Positions 30,350-44,059 of a DNA stretch of 64,000 bases are shown here, one piece after another (position 1 is the first letter of the stretch; each line of letters starts with the position of its first letter). The stretch is from the human T2T-CHM13v2.0 reference genome, Homo sapiens. The translations under genes were made by a program, and so were the position numbers. The stretch lies in assembly GCF_009914755.1 (NCBI RefSeq), contig NC_060926.1; one strand, written 5' to 3'. The notes under the pieces were generated by a model that saw only the letters and a list, made by a program, of their open reading frames with translations, ran no database searches and was not told the origin of the DNA.

Positions 30350-33300
30350 TTCTAAGTTTTAGATTTTATTTTTATTGTATTGTATCAAAATATATGTAGC
30401 ATAAAATTTACCATCTTAACCATTTTTATGACTATTTATCTTACCATAATAGGGCCTGGAGATTTTTGAAGACTTTATATTCTTATAGCAGTTTTTAATT
30501 CATAGCAAAATTGAAAGGAATGTACAGAGATTTCCCATATCTCCCTGCCCCATGCATGCAGAGCTTCTCCTTATCAACAACCCCCACCCAAGTGCCGTAT
30601 TTGTTACAATCAATGAACCTACATTGACACATCATTATCACCCAAAGTCCATAGTTTAGGGTTCACTCTTGGTGCTGTATAGCCTGTGGGTCTGGACAAA
30701 TGTGTGGCATATGTCCACCATTGTAGTATCATACAGAGTATTTTCACTGCTCTAAAAATCCCATGCTTCTCCTATTCATTCCTCCTCCAACCCCCACAAC
30801 CACTGGCAACCACTGTTTATTTTTTTTACTGTCACCATAGTTTTTCAGAATGTCATATAGTTGGAATCATATAGTATTTAGTCTTTTTCTGATTGGGTGC
30901 TTTCACTTAAAATATGCATTTAAGTTTCCTCCATATCTTTTCAGGGCTTGGTAGCTGATTTATTTTCAGTGCTGTATAATATTCCATAGTATAGATGTAC
31001 TACAGTTTACTTATTCATCCACCTACTGAATGGCATCTTGGCAGCTTCTAAGTTTTGGTAATTATGAATAAAACTGCATTAAACATCCATATGCAGGTTT
31101 TTGTGTGGATGTAAGTTTTCAATTCCTTTGGGTAGATACCAAAGAACATGATTATTGGATTGTATGGTAAGAGTATGTTTAGTTTTAAAAGAAACTACCA
31201 AACTATCTTCCAAAATGTCTACAGTGATCTACTCTGATGATTTCCTTTAATTGGTGCAGTTAGACTACTGATGTTCACAGTGATTACTGATATAGTTCTA
31301 TTAATATCTAGCATATTTGTTAGTTTTGTAATTGTTGCCCTTGTACTTTGGTTCTCTTTTTATCTTCCACTATTTATCTTCCTGTGGTTTTAACCATGTA
31401 TTTTATGTGATTCCATTTTCTCTCTTTTCTTTTAGCATACCAGTTATATTTCTTTGTTTCCTTTTTTTAGTGGTTGCCCTAGAGTTTGCAAAATGTATTT
31501 ACAACTAATCCAAGCCACTTTCAAATAACACTGTACTGCTTCACAGATAGTTTGAGTACCTTAAGATAGCAAAATAATCCTAATTTCTTCCTCTCCTCTC
31601 ATGTATAACTGCTGTCACTCATTTCACTTATATATAAGTATACATTAGCATTATGTATACACATATCTGTGACTATTTGAACGTATAAGATATATACATA
31701 AGAACACATAATTGAAGTCATTGTTGCTATTATCCTGAACAAACTGTTAGCTGTTAGATCAATTAAAAATAAAAAATAAAAGTTTTAATTTTACCTTCAT
31801 TTTTTCCTTCTTCAGTGTTCTTCCTTTATTTTTATTTTTATTTTTATTTTAAGTTCTGGGATACATGTGCAGGATGTGCAGGTTTGTTACATAGGTAAAT
31901 GTGTGCCATGGTGGTTTGCTGTACCTAACAACCCATCACCTAGGTATTAAGCCCAGCATGCATTAGCTATTTTTCCTAATGCTCTCCCTCCCCGTGCCCC
32001 CCACCTCCCGACAGGCCCCAGTGTGTGTTGTTCCCCTCCCTGTGTCCATGTGTTTTCATTGTTCAGTTCCCACTTATATGTGAGAACATGCAGTGTTTGA
32101 TTTTCTGTTCCTGTGTTAGTTGGCTGAGGATAATGGCTTCCAGATCCATCCATGTTCCTGCAAAGGACATTATTTCATTCCTTTTTATGGCTGGATAGTA
32201 TTCCATGGTGTATACGTACCACATTGTCTTTATCCAGCCTATCATTGATGGGCATTTGGGTTGATTCCATGTCTTCGTTATTGTGAATAGTGCTGCAACG
32301 ATTGTTCTTTCTTTATGTAAGTTCAAGTTTTGACCCATATTATATTAATTTTCTCTAAAGAACTTCTTTTAACGTTTCTCGCAAGGCAGGTCCACTGGCA
32401 ACAAATTCCCTTGGTCATTTTTGTCCGAGAAAGTTTTTATTTCCCCTTCACTTTTGAAGGATAATTTCACAGGGCACAGAATTCTGAGTCGGTGGTTTTT
32501 TTTCCTCTCAACACTTTAAATATTTCACTCCACTCTCTTCTTGCTTCCATGGTTTCTGAGGATAAGTCTGATGTAATTCTTATCTTTGTTTCTCTACTGG
32601 GAAATTTTTTTTTCCCTCTGACTTCTTTCAATTTATTTATTTATTTATTTATTTTTGAGATGGAGTCTCGCTCTGTCACCCAGGCTGGAGTGCAGTGGCA
32701 CAATCTCGGCTCATTGCAACCTCTGTCTCCTGGGTTCACACCATTCTCCTGCCTCAGGGACTACAGGCACCCACCACCACACCCAGCTAATTTTTTGTAT
32801 TTTTAGTAGAGATGGGGTTTCACCGTGTTAGCCAGGATGGCCTTGATCTCCTGACCTTGTGATCCACCCACCTCGACCTCCCAAAGTGCTGGGATTACAG
32901 ATGTGAGCCACCGCACCGGCCTTCTTTCAATATTTTTTTTTCTCTCTGGTTCTCTGTAGTTTGAAGACAGTATGCCTAAGTGTAGGGTTTTTTGCCTTTT
33001 TTTCTTTTCTTTTGCATTTATCCTCAGTGGTTTGATGTCTGACATTCATTTATGGAAATTATTAGGCATTGTTTTAAATATTTCTTCTATTTTTTTTCTT
33101 TCTTCTCCATCTGGCATTCCCATTACATGTATAATATACCTTTTGTAGTTGTCCCACAGTTTTTGGATATTCTGTTTTTGTTTTTGTTTTTCAGTCTTTT
33201 TTCCTCTTTATTTTTCTGTTTTAGAAGTTTCTATTGATATATCCTCAAGCTCAGAGATTCTCTCCTTAGCTGTGTCCAACCTGCTAATAAGCCTATCAAA

Positions 33301-34511
33301 GGCATTCTTCATTTCTGTTATTATGTTTTTGATCACTAGAATTTCTTTTTGGTTCTTCTTTAGGATTTCCATCTCTCTGCTTACACTTCCCATTTTTTCT
33401 TGCATGCTGTCTACTTATCCATAGAGCCCTTAGCATATTAATTATAGTTGTTTTAAATTCCCTGTCTGATAATTTTAGCATTTCTGCCATTTCTGGTTCT
33501 GATGCTTCCTTTGTCTCTTCAAACTGTTTTTTGCCTTTTAGTATGTCTTGTAATTTTTCCTTGATAGCCAGACATCATGTACTGGGTAAAAGGAACTGCT
33601 GTAAGCAGACTTTTATAATGTGTTGGTAAAGTCACAGCAGGAGGGTATTCTACAATCCTGTGATTAAGTCTCAGTCTCTTAGTGAGCCTGTGCCTCTGGA
33701 CTGTGAACTTCACAAGTACTTCTTAGTTGTCCCTCACCTGCTTAGGTGAGACAGAATGGCTAGTGGGCTGGAGCTAAGTCTTTTCATTCTCCCATGTGAA
33801 GACTAGAGCTAGCTAGAACTGGGTATTTCTCTTTCTGATTTCACAGCATGAACAAAGACACACTTATACTTTCCAAAAAAGTCTTATTCAGGTATAATTC
33901 ACATATGATAAAATTTGCTAATTTAAAATGTACGATTCACTCTTTTTTAGTATATGCAACTATCACCACATGCAAGTTTAGAACATTTTTATAACCCCCC
34001 CAAAAAAACCCATACCAACACCTATATCCCACTCTCAAACTTTCCAGCCTCAGCCAAAGCTGATTTTACTTTCCATCTCTATAAATTTGCCTGTTCTGGA
34101 CATTTTATATAAATGGAACCATACAACATGAGGTCTAGTGTGACTGATTTCTTTCACTTTGCAATCATGTTTTCAAAGGCCATCAACTTGTAGCTTATCC
34201 AACTCAAATCACTACTTCATTCTTTTTCATTGCTGAATAACATTTCATTTAATGGATATAACACATTTTATTTATCCATTCATCAGTTGATAAACATATG
34301 GGTTGTTTCTACTTTGGGGCAATTATGAATAATGGTGCTATGAACATTTGTGTATATGTTTTTATAAGGATACATATTTTCATTTCTCTTGGTAAATACC
34401 TAGAAGTGGAATTGTTAGGTCATATGGTAAATCTATGTTTAATATTTTAAGAACTGCCAGACTGTTTTGCAAAGTGGCTGTACCATTTACATTTCCACCA
34501 GCAATGTATGA
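30350..34511 (-). mobile_element. Cluster of antisense L1 fragments (L1M) with a nested L1PA 3' end (~31825-32300) and an Alu (~32632-32921)
   Basis: Minus-strand ORFs give the L1 ORF2 C-terminus (AALFTITKTWNQPKCPS...) and an ORF1-like coiled coil (EMKNAFDRLISRLDTAKERISELED). Confidence 0.88.
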
Positions 34512-34630
34512 AGGTGGATCTCTTGAGCTCAGGAGTTCAAGACCAGCCTGGCCAACATGGTGAAATCCCATCTCCACCAAAAAATACAAAAAAGTTAGCT
34601 AGGTGTGGTTACACCGTTAAATTAGTATAA

Positions 34631-35332
<702 letters not shown>

Positions 35333-35447
35333 TAAATTCAGCAAAAGGTGAATTCAGAAGGGTATGTTTTCCCTTTCACATAGAATCAATTGGGACAGAA
35401 TTGTCAGAGGTTGTAGGATTTGTGTTTAATACCACTAATTCTGCTTT

Positions 35448-35499
35448 CTTACTTTGGGGTTGCCCCTTACTTTGGGGCTGCCCCTTACTTTGGGGCTGC
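35448..35499. repeat. 18-bp tandem repeat CTTACTTTGGGG(T/C)TGCCC, ~3 copies
   Basis: Read directly. Confidence 0.9.
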
Positions 35500-37059
35500 T
35501 TTTGCAGTCTGGGGAGAACCTCTCTTAGGGTAGGATGAGACCTCAGCACATTTTCCCCAAGGTCCTGAATTGGGCTGGTATGTATTCGTCAGATGCATTT
35601 TCAGTGGCTGGATTTGATGGTTATAAATTTTCCTTACTGAGATAAAATTCTATGTGGGCACTTGCCAGCCACCTATAAACAACTTTGGTGGCTTGAGGTC
35701 TGGTAAAATGTATTTTGACAGCCTCTGTAAATAACAGAAAGTTGCATTCCAGTTTCTGTCCAACATTTCCAAGTCAAACACAGCATCTGTGGGGTGCAGA
35801 GGACTTTCAGTTCTCTTTCCCTTCTGTAGGTTGAAACTGTGCTTTATAACTAGATATCCTAACCATTATGGCTGGTTAAAATTTATAATTATTCAATATC
35901 TTAAAGAGTATTATAGATAAAATACAATCTCAATCTTCTTATAATAAGTAAATATGGATATGCTTATATTAGATACAGAAATTTTATATTTTTCCATTCC
36001 CATGGTTCTAAAAAGATTCATGTTAATTCATCATGCTCTGTAGTTTACCCAACAGCGTCTTCCTGGTACCAGATAACTAGTTGAAACTTGGAGCAGGTCC
36101 AGTTGGTTGACCAGTTGCTCTCCCATCAACTCATTTTCCTTGCACCAAGATGACTTTAACCAATTGGTTAGCGTGCTCTAGACAAACCTGCCTGAAACTC
36201 ACCTGGGGAAGTGATGACAAATCCAGGAGAGGATCCACTGTGGATCTGGTGGCTGAAGATCTGGTAAAATGATGCCATGGGCAAGGCCGCCATGGGCTCC
36301 TGCAGCAAGTGGACCATGTACTCATCTCAAGGCTATAGAGGCTCTGTAGCCTGCAGGGCCACATTAACAACATTCACAGAAGAGGCTCCTGGTGACTCCA
36401 TTCCAAAGCCAGGATACTTTAGCTTCTTGAACTTTTATGTCATAAGGTCAGAAATTTACCAAAGGATGCTTTTCCTTACTTAGTGAATCTTATGGCTCCT
36501 TTTAGAAAGCGTGGGAACAACCAAGGTCAGAATATGATGTTTGAGTGTAACCAAATTCTCCTACTGCCCCTGGAGCTTAAAGCATCTGGGCCACATGGGA
36601 ATGTGCACTCTTAAGCTAGTGCTAAGAAGGAAGATTGATGGTGAGAGTTTGCCCCCACGTAGACAGCCCCCAGTCTTGCATTGTGCCAATAAACAGTCTC
36701 TAGGAGAGGGGGCTGAGAACCAGCTGTAACTGGGTTAAAATGCAGATGTCAGGAGAAGACGATCAAATTGATGTTCACAAGTGTTTTTTGAAGCCCTCCC
36801 TACTCGGAGAGAAAAAATTCACTTTTTTCAGCTTGTCAAGGGAAACACTGCTTACTCATATGAGGGACTCATTTTATGTGCCCCAAGCTTGAAGTTGATG
36901 GAAAGGAGCAGCAGCATTTTATGAAAGCATCTGACCAGGGTGACGTGAGCTCACGACATAGTCGTTCTTTACTTTCACCCCTATTTGGGTGTAGAATCCA
37001 CAGTGAGCTTTTATTGCAAATTGATATTTGCATAAAACAATTCTTGTCATTTAACAACA

Positions 37060-37205
37060 GCCTAGCTGGGTGCACCTGTAGTCTCAGCTACTCAGGAGGC
37101 TGAGGCAGGAGGATCACTTGAGCCCAGGAGTTCGAGGATGTAGTGAGCTCTGATGGTGCCACTGCACTCTAGCCTGCAACAGAGCGAGACCTCATCACTA
37201 AGAAG
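37060..37205 (+). mobile_element. Alu monomer (FRAM/right-arm-like)
   Basis: Single Alu arm. Confidence 0.8.
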
Positions 37206-39019
37206 TAAAGAATTTTTAAAAAGCCTAAATGTTTATTATAGGAAAAATTCTTCCATACATTGTTGTGTAAAACTTCTTTAATTTAATATACCTTTGCTGA
37301 CCTAATGTCAGTCTAGTTACTCATCTTGACCCAGTCTCTTTTATGAATTTTAGCAAGAAAAGAAAATCATCCAACCTCTAAACTATAGGGATCTGTAATG
37401 CAATAATAAAAGGGCCTACATATTTCTTCCTTTCATTTACCGAAGTGGGCGCCACCTTGATATAGTCAACAAAGGGAACTTTCAGTGGAAGACTTGGGTT
37501 ATTCTTTTCAAAATTTTCTCACAAAATGTTAAATTCTAGACTTGTGGTTCCTAGAGAAAGCAAATGATAGACTGAAAAACCTAAGATGAAGAAAGCCAGT
37601 GTTGACCTTATAAAAGCCTACCTTGAAAATGGTGATACTCTGCTCTCCTCCCCTAGACTTTGTGCAAATGGGTCAATTGGTTTGCATGAGGCCAAGGGGT
37701 GGAGTGGTACAAATCTGGGAACAACGTCTAGAGCAGATGATTGTATGTACCAGGGGCAGTGGTTACAGGTGGAACCTTTTTCTTGTTTAGGGTTTTCTGT
37801 CTAGTCTGTATAAACTCTTGGAATGATTCATTACATTCAACAGCATGTACACATTGTGGCTTCTGTGAAACTACCAAGCTAGTATCAGTACTGAGAAGTA
37901 AGAAACTTTAAACTACTATTAGAAAAAGTGTTCATGGATGAATTCCCACGAATATTTAAGAATATAACATAGGGAATTTCAGAGTCTGCGCCACAGTACA
38001 TTCCTGGAAGGAGCAAAGGTGACAGTTGTGGATGGTTTTTGGCCCTGGAGAGACACCCCTACATTGAGAGTGCTTTCTGGGTTCTCTTCCTCCTTGCCTG
38101 ATTAATACAGCTGTCAAACCTGACACCTGAACACTGCACAAGTAGCCACCTTTGGCCACTGCTTCTGCTGCAGCAGCCCAGGTTTGTAGTATCTGCACAC
38201 ACATGCATGCACACACACACACACTCACATACATGCACTTTTAATGTAGTTTCTAGCATGTGATTATGTAATGCTTGTCAAAATATTTAGAATAGAGTAA
38301 CTACCAACCCATTCACTGAACTGACTATAATTTCTTAAATAATTTTTTAAATTAAATCTGCCCCAAATTTCTCACCCCAGATTCTTATATACTGCAATTT
38401 CAAAACCACAAGTATTTGAATTTAAGTTGCTTTGTTTTTTAAAAATGGATTTCTTACTCCAGCACCAAGTGAGCTTCTTGTTTTAATTATTGCTGGTGGG
38501 TAAGGTATTGGGACCAGTAAACTGGCAGCTGGGGATCCTGCCGGCTGTTTCAGGCCAAACGTTATTATGGGTCATTTAGCTCTGAGGAAGTGTGGTTTGA
38601 AGATGGTCAGTGTGTGGTTTCTTCTGCTGCCTACTCTAAGAGAAAAGGCTAGCAGCAGTTTTTAGTGTGTCCTCTTATCTTTCCCCAATAAATGCTATAG
38701 TTTTCTCAACAAAAAAAGAAATTAGTCTGCAGGATGCTTTTCATGTCCCTTCACATCCATCTTAGCTGCCTTCCTCCCCTCGACCATGGCTTTCGCTCCT
38801 GATGCCAGCTCGCCGTGTTCTCGGGCCCCAGCCACAGGCCCTTGCTCCCACCTCCAGTCGGCCCTCCTGAATCTCCTTCCTCACCCCACCTTCCTCCATG
38901 TTATCTGCAACTCTGGTGAGGTGCAAAGAGCTATTGTCAAATGTGTTAATTATATTAATACTTTCATCTTAAGTGCAGTTAATATTTAATTTTTCATCAG
39001 TATTTTATACTGTATAATT

Positions 39020-39290
39020 TCACTCCTATGAAGTATTTAGAGTAGTCAGATTCACAGAGACAAAATAAAATGGTGGTTGCCCGGGGCTGTGGGGAAGCAG
39101 AATGGGGAGTTGGTGTTTAATGAATATAGCATTTCAGTTTTGCAAGATGAAAAAGTTTTGTGGGCAGACAGTGGTAATAGTTTCACAATAGCATGGCTGT
39201 ACTTAATGCCACTGAATGGTACACTTAAAATGGTTAAAATAGTACATTTTATATTATGTACATTTTACCACATTTGTTTTAAAAACCTGT
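39020..39290 (+). mobile_element. L1MB-like 3' terminus
   Basis: 'tttcagttttgcaagatgaaaaagtt...tacttaatgccactgaa...cacttaaaatggttaaaat'. Confidence 0.8.
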
Positions 39291-39699
39291 GTTTTTGAAA
39301 TATGAATAGGGTACATATGATCTCTGCAGATGACAGATATCATGTCATCTGGTCACCTCTAACTTGTTCTGAATTCAAGTTAGCTTCCAGAGAAATGCCT
39401 TCACTTCCTTTACCAAGTATGAAGAGGTGGCCTTATTTAATTCAGTTTGTTCCCTAGTGTCTTCAGAATTCTTCCTTTTCTTAAATTTCTGGGACAGAGG
39501 TGAAGGTGGAGGGGTGGGAGCAGCTTTACCAATAGGTGGGACTAAGTCAGGTTGAAGAGGGAACTGAACTAAGAGCTAGGAAGTCAAAGGTCAGGCCAGG
39601 AGAGAAACCATCAAGCCCCCTTGACTCTTCCATTCCACTCACTTTTTTCTTTTAACCTTAAACTAAAGTTTTATTTGGGAATTTTAACTTCATTTCTTT

Positions 39700-39990
39700 T
39701 CCTTCAACTTTTATTTTAGGTTCGGGGATACATGCACATATTTGTTACACAGGTAAACCCATTTCACAGGGGTTTATTTTACAGATCATTTCATTACCCA
39801 GGTACTATGCCTAGTACCTAATAGCCAGTAGTTACTTTTCCTGCCCCTCTCCCTCCTCTCACCCTCCACACTCCATAGGCCCCAGGGTGTGTTGTTCACC
39901 TCTGTGTGTTCACGTGTTCTCATCATTCAGCTCTCACTTACAAGTGAAAACATGCGGTATTTGGTTTTCTGTTTCTGCATTAGTTTGCTA
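39700..39990 (-). mobile_element. L1PA (older) 3' terminus
   Basis: 'caacttttattttaggttcggggatacatg...aaacatgcggtatttggttttctg'. Confidence 0.85.
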
Positions 39991-40534
39991 TTTGATTCCC
40001 TTTACCTCTAATATTGGTCTAAGTTTAATCTAAAATGAGGGTGGTGTTTAATTCTCTAGGTGTAAAAAATAAGTAAATGCTTGTTACTTAAACGTTTCTT
40101 TATGTAAATTTGTGTTTATCTTTATTTGATTATATCATTAAAGTTTGTGGGACTACCGTACTTCTGGTCTGAGGCTCCAATCCCAGTGAGATTGATTGTG
40201 TCTTTGAAAACAAGATAAGCAACACAGGAAAGTTCAAAAGAACATAAATTATCTTAGATAAAAGAGCATTATTTGAAAGTTAAAACCTATTTTACCCTCA
40301 GCTCTTTATAGCTCTTCAAATTGTTGCCCGTTTCTTTGGGGATTAGGGTTTAATCAGACAGCTAATATTGTGTCTTATTTCCTTCTGTTTTTGTTGATCA
40401 CATTCTGAATATAGCAATTTATATCTAAAGCTTAAATGAAAATAACTGGCGAGTTCCCTGACTTTCTTCCTTCTCTCTATGTGTATGCCGGTCCTTGAGA
40501 GGAGGTTGGTAACATTTTATAAAAGGTCTTGGCA

Positions 40535-40860
40535 TTTGCCTCAGCTCCAGCTGCTATAGCAAATTCCCATAGACTGGGAGGCTTAAAGAACAGACATTTC
40601 TCACATATCTAGACTGAGAATTGTGAGATCAGGGGCCAGCATGGCTGAGCTCTGGTGGGGGCCCTCTACCAGCTTTCCTCACATGGGGTGGTGGGGAGGG
40701 GCTCCAGTCCCTTCCTCTTCCTAAAAGGACACTAATCCCATCAGAGGGTGCCACCCTCATGACCTCATCTAAACCAAATCACCTTCCTAAGTCCCCACCT
40801 CCATCATGGGAATTGGGGCTTCCACATATGAATTTTGAGGAGACACAAACAGTCCATAGT
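40535..40860 (-). mobile_element. MaLR LTR (MLT1A/B-like)
   Basis: 'ccatagactgggaggcttaaa...ggacactaatcccatca...catatgaattttgaggagacaca'. Confidence 0.75.
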
Positions 40861-43800
40861 GGGATGTTATAGTCCTTTTTTGATGGTTGCTTATTAGAAG
40901 AAATGCCCTCTAAAAAGCTTAACAAACAAGGCACAGAGGGATCAGTTTCAAAGAGAGCAGCAGGAGGGAAGGGGACTGCAATGTAAACAACGCAATGCCA
41001 GGAGCTTTTCTGTAATATTAGAGACCTACAAGAGGGGCTATAGTACAGCAGGTAAGAGCTCAGGTTCTAGAGACCTGGCTTGAAAACTCCACTTCACCAT
41101 TTATTAACCATGTGACCTTGGACCTCTCTATAGATCAGTTTATGTATCTATAAAATGAGGATAATAATAGTACTTACCTCATAGGGTTGTTAAGAGAGTT
41201 AGATGACATATAAGCACAACAGCTGGTACATATTAAGAGATAGTACCAAAACAAAGACTTTAAGATTGCCAAATTAAGATGGCATCCAGAAATGGGGTAA
41301 GATAATCATTCGCTGAAGGAGAAATGAAGCAGGAAAGAGAATGTTCTTTGGTTTCCTTTTTCTGTATAAAAACCACCCCGAAGGTAGTAGCTTAATGTAT
41401 TATAACAACAGTAATTTATTTTGCTCATGGATCTACAACTTGGGCATGGCCTGATGGGGAGTGCTCCTCTCTGCTCCATGCACAGCCAGCTAGGGCTGCT
41501 CAACTGGGAGCTGAAAGACCCACTCTCAAGATGGTCCACTCAAATACTGGCTATTATCTGGGAGCTCAGATGGCCTGAGGGCTGGAAGTCTGGTTCTGTC
41601 CTGGTAGGTCTCTCCACAGGCTACTTGGGCTTCCTTACAACATGGTGACAAGGCTCTAGAATGAGCATCCCAAGAGAAATGGAAGATACCAGTTGCTTAG
41701 GCCTTGGCCTTAAGAAACAGGTACAGCATCATTTCCACTGTATTCTATTAGTTAAGTAGTCCTAGAGCCCAGAATCAAGGAAGAACACATAGACTCCACC
41801 TCTAAGTGGAAAGAGTGTTGAAGAGTTTGTAGACTTATTTGAAACCTGCCACAACAGGTAACCCCAAAGCTTGCCCAGGCTCGGATTATTTCCTGAGTCT
41901 TCTGTACCTTCAGAGGGGAAAGAATGGCACACGATACATCATTGTTGTCCACATCCTTTGATCTATGAATGATTCTCATATCAATGAGCAGTTGACAATG
42001 GAAAAGTCCTACTAAATTGACTTAACCCTAAAATGAGATCACTGGGCCTATTAACTCCAAGCTTCACTTGGTAGTGATACCACCACATGTTATTGTCTAT
42101 GTTATAGCTTACCTTATCCATACATCTCTGTGTGAAGGCTTTCTTTTATCTTGATGTTTCCCTCAAATTTCATACAAGTATAATAACTAATGGCTAATTT
42201 ATTGTGCCCTCTGAACCTAGTCATCGTGGAAAAAGTTAGCATTTGTCATGCTTGTTGTCAGTTAACCTTCTTTTTCCAGAAAAGAAGCCAAATCCTATTA
42301 TGGTAAACTAGCCTCTTCACCCCCCTCTCTAGATATCGGGAATTTTTAGTTAGAGTATATTTTTAATTAGACAGTATATTTGATTTTATGTTAAAGTAAG
42401 TTCAAGATCATTTGTTCTAGAGAAAGGACAAGAAAGAAATTTGAATTTCTATTAAGTCATTTTATTATATTTGCTTTCTGTAAGGCAAATTTTGCTTTCT
42501 TCTAATAGGCATAAAATTTCCACATGATTGTAATATAAAAGTCTACCATTTAAAAGGTTTGAGTTCAATTTTATTCAAATAAGGGATAATTATTTTAAAG
42601 TACTTAATATATTTCTATGTATAGCCTTAGCATAATTGATAAAATGTTTAAATAATAAGGTAAGAGGGATAAAAGTTGTAGTTACTTCCAAAAGCACTAA
42701 CATGTACTTGCCTTAATATTTTAGTTGCCTGATTCCTCTAAGTTACAGAAGAGCTCTAATTCAGTATCCTACTCACTTCTCAGAAATAACAGGCACGAGA
42801 TATATATATATACATATATATATGTTTCTTCATTGTATATCAGATTTAATGGTATTTAACAATGAGAATTTAGTTTAAAATGTAAAATTCCACCCAGACT
42901 CTAATAGGATTCTGTCTCTTTAAATATGAAGAACTTCTAAATAAACTTCATATTAGCCAAAATTCCTTTTGACTCAAATTCATCTGGACTGTCTTTGATT
43001 TATGATTATGGTGGCCATGCAAACTAATTTGACATGCATAATATGCACAGCAGTAGTGAAAGCAAAAGTTCAGCAATTCCACTGAAAACTGTACTACTTG
43101 CACTGCTATATCTGCTTCTGAATTATGGTACTTGGAATTTTGTGCCCTTAAGGAACTGTTTGTTTTTCCAGACTGGCTAATGCATCAGGAACTTGGCTTC
43201 AAATAATTATTATTAAACAAATACCCTGACACCTTTTCTATGGGACTTATCAGAGCTGTGAAATTAATTGAAAATTGAGTATATGTAACAAATGGGAAAA
43301 GCTCCAGGAGTTTTTGTTTGTTTCAATTCAGGAAAATGCAAACATGCAGCTTTTAGCAGAGGAGCCCTGAGTATCAGACTTTGCTTTGCCGGGACAGCTT
43401 TGAGCAGACTCCTGGGTTACTGACCTAGGGCAACACAGCCTGTGTGGCTGCGTGAGTCCACTGGCGTCATCTTCAAAGACCATATTTGGGCCTTTCAACA
43501 CTTCACATCGCGCATTACCCAAGGCCTGCTTAGGTTCTGAGGGTCAGAAATACCTCACACGCATGTGTAACTAACTTGTAATGTTAGTTTTATCTACCCA
43601 GCGCTGGTAGAATAGCTGACACTCAGTGGGGCCTGAGCACCTGTTAGCATGAATTGCCTTACCTTCATATATTCTGTTTTTCAGAATTAGGAAACATCTC
43701 ACAGAGTGAAGATTGACTGCATACCTCTAACAGAGCCTGATTTAAGACAGGATTTGTGAGTTTGGTAGACAATCCTATGAAGTTTTCATTTTACTGTTGA

Positions 43801-44059
43801 CTGAAGACCATACACTGTACGGTGACCCTTATTCAGAATTTTTATCAGAAACCTAGGGCCCCTGAACATGAGTATATAAAGTCTGATGCAGGCCTATACC
43901 CTATTGGGGATCTCATGTGCTCACAGTACAGCTACGCTCCTCTCAAAGAGACATCATAGCTAAGGAACAATGTTTTAAAAACAAGTACCAGTGCAAATTA
44001 ATTAGAAACAGGGCACTGCCTGACGTTAGGAACTCTGCATTCAGAGTGTAGATCTCTCA

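Noticed and set aside
31947-33713. ORFs resembling L1 ORF1p/ORF2p
   Set aside because: Short, interrupted fragments of dead L1 copies; not an active element.
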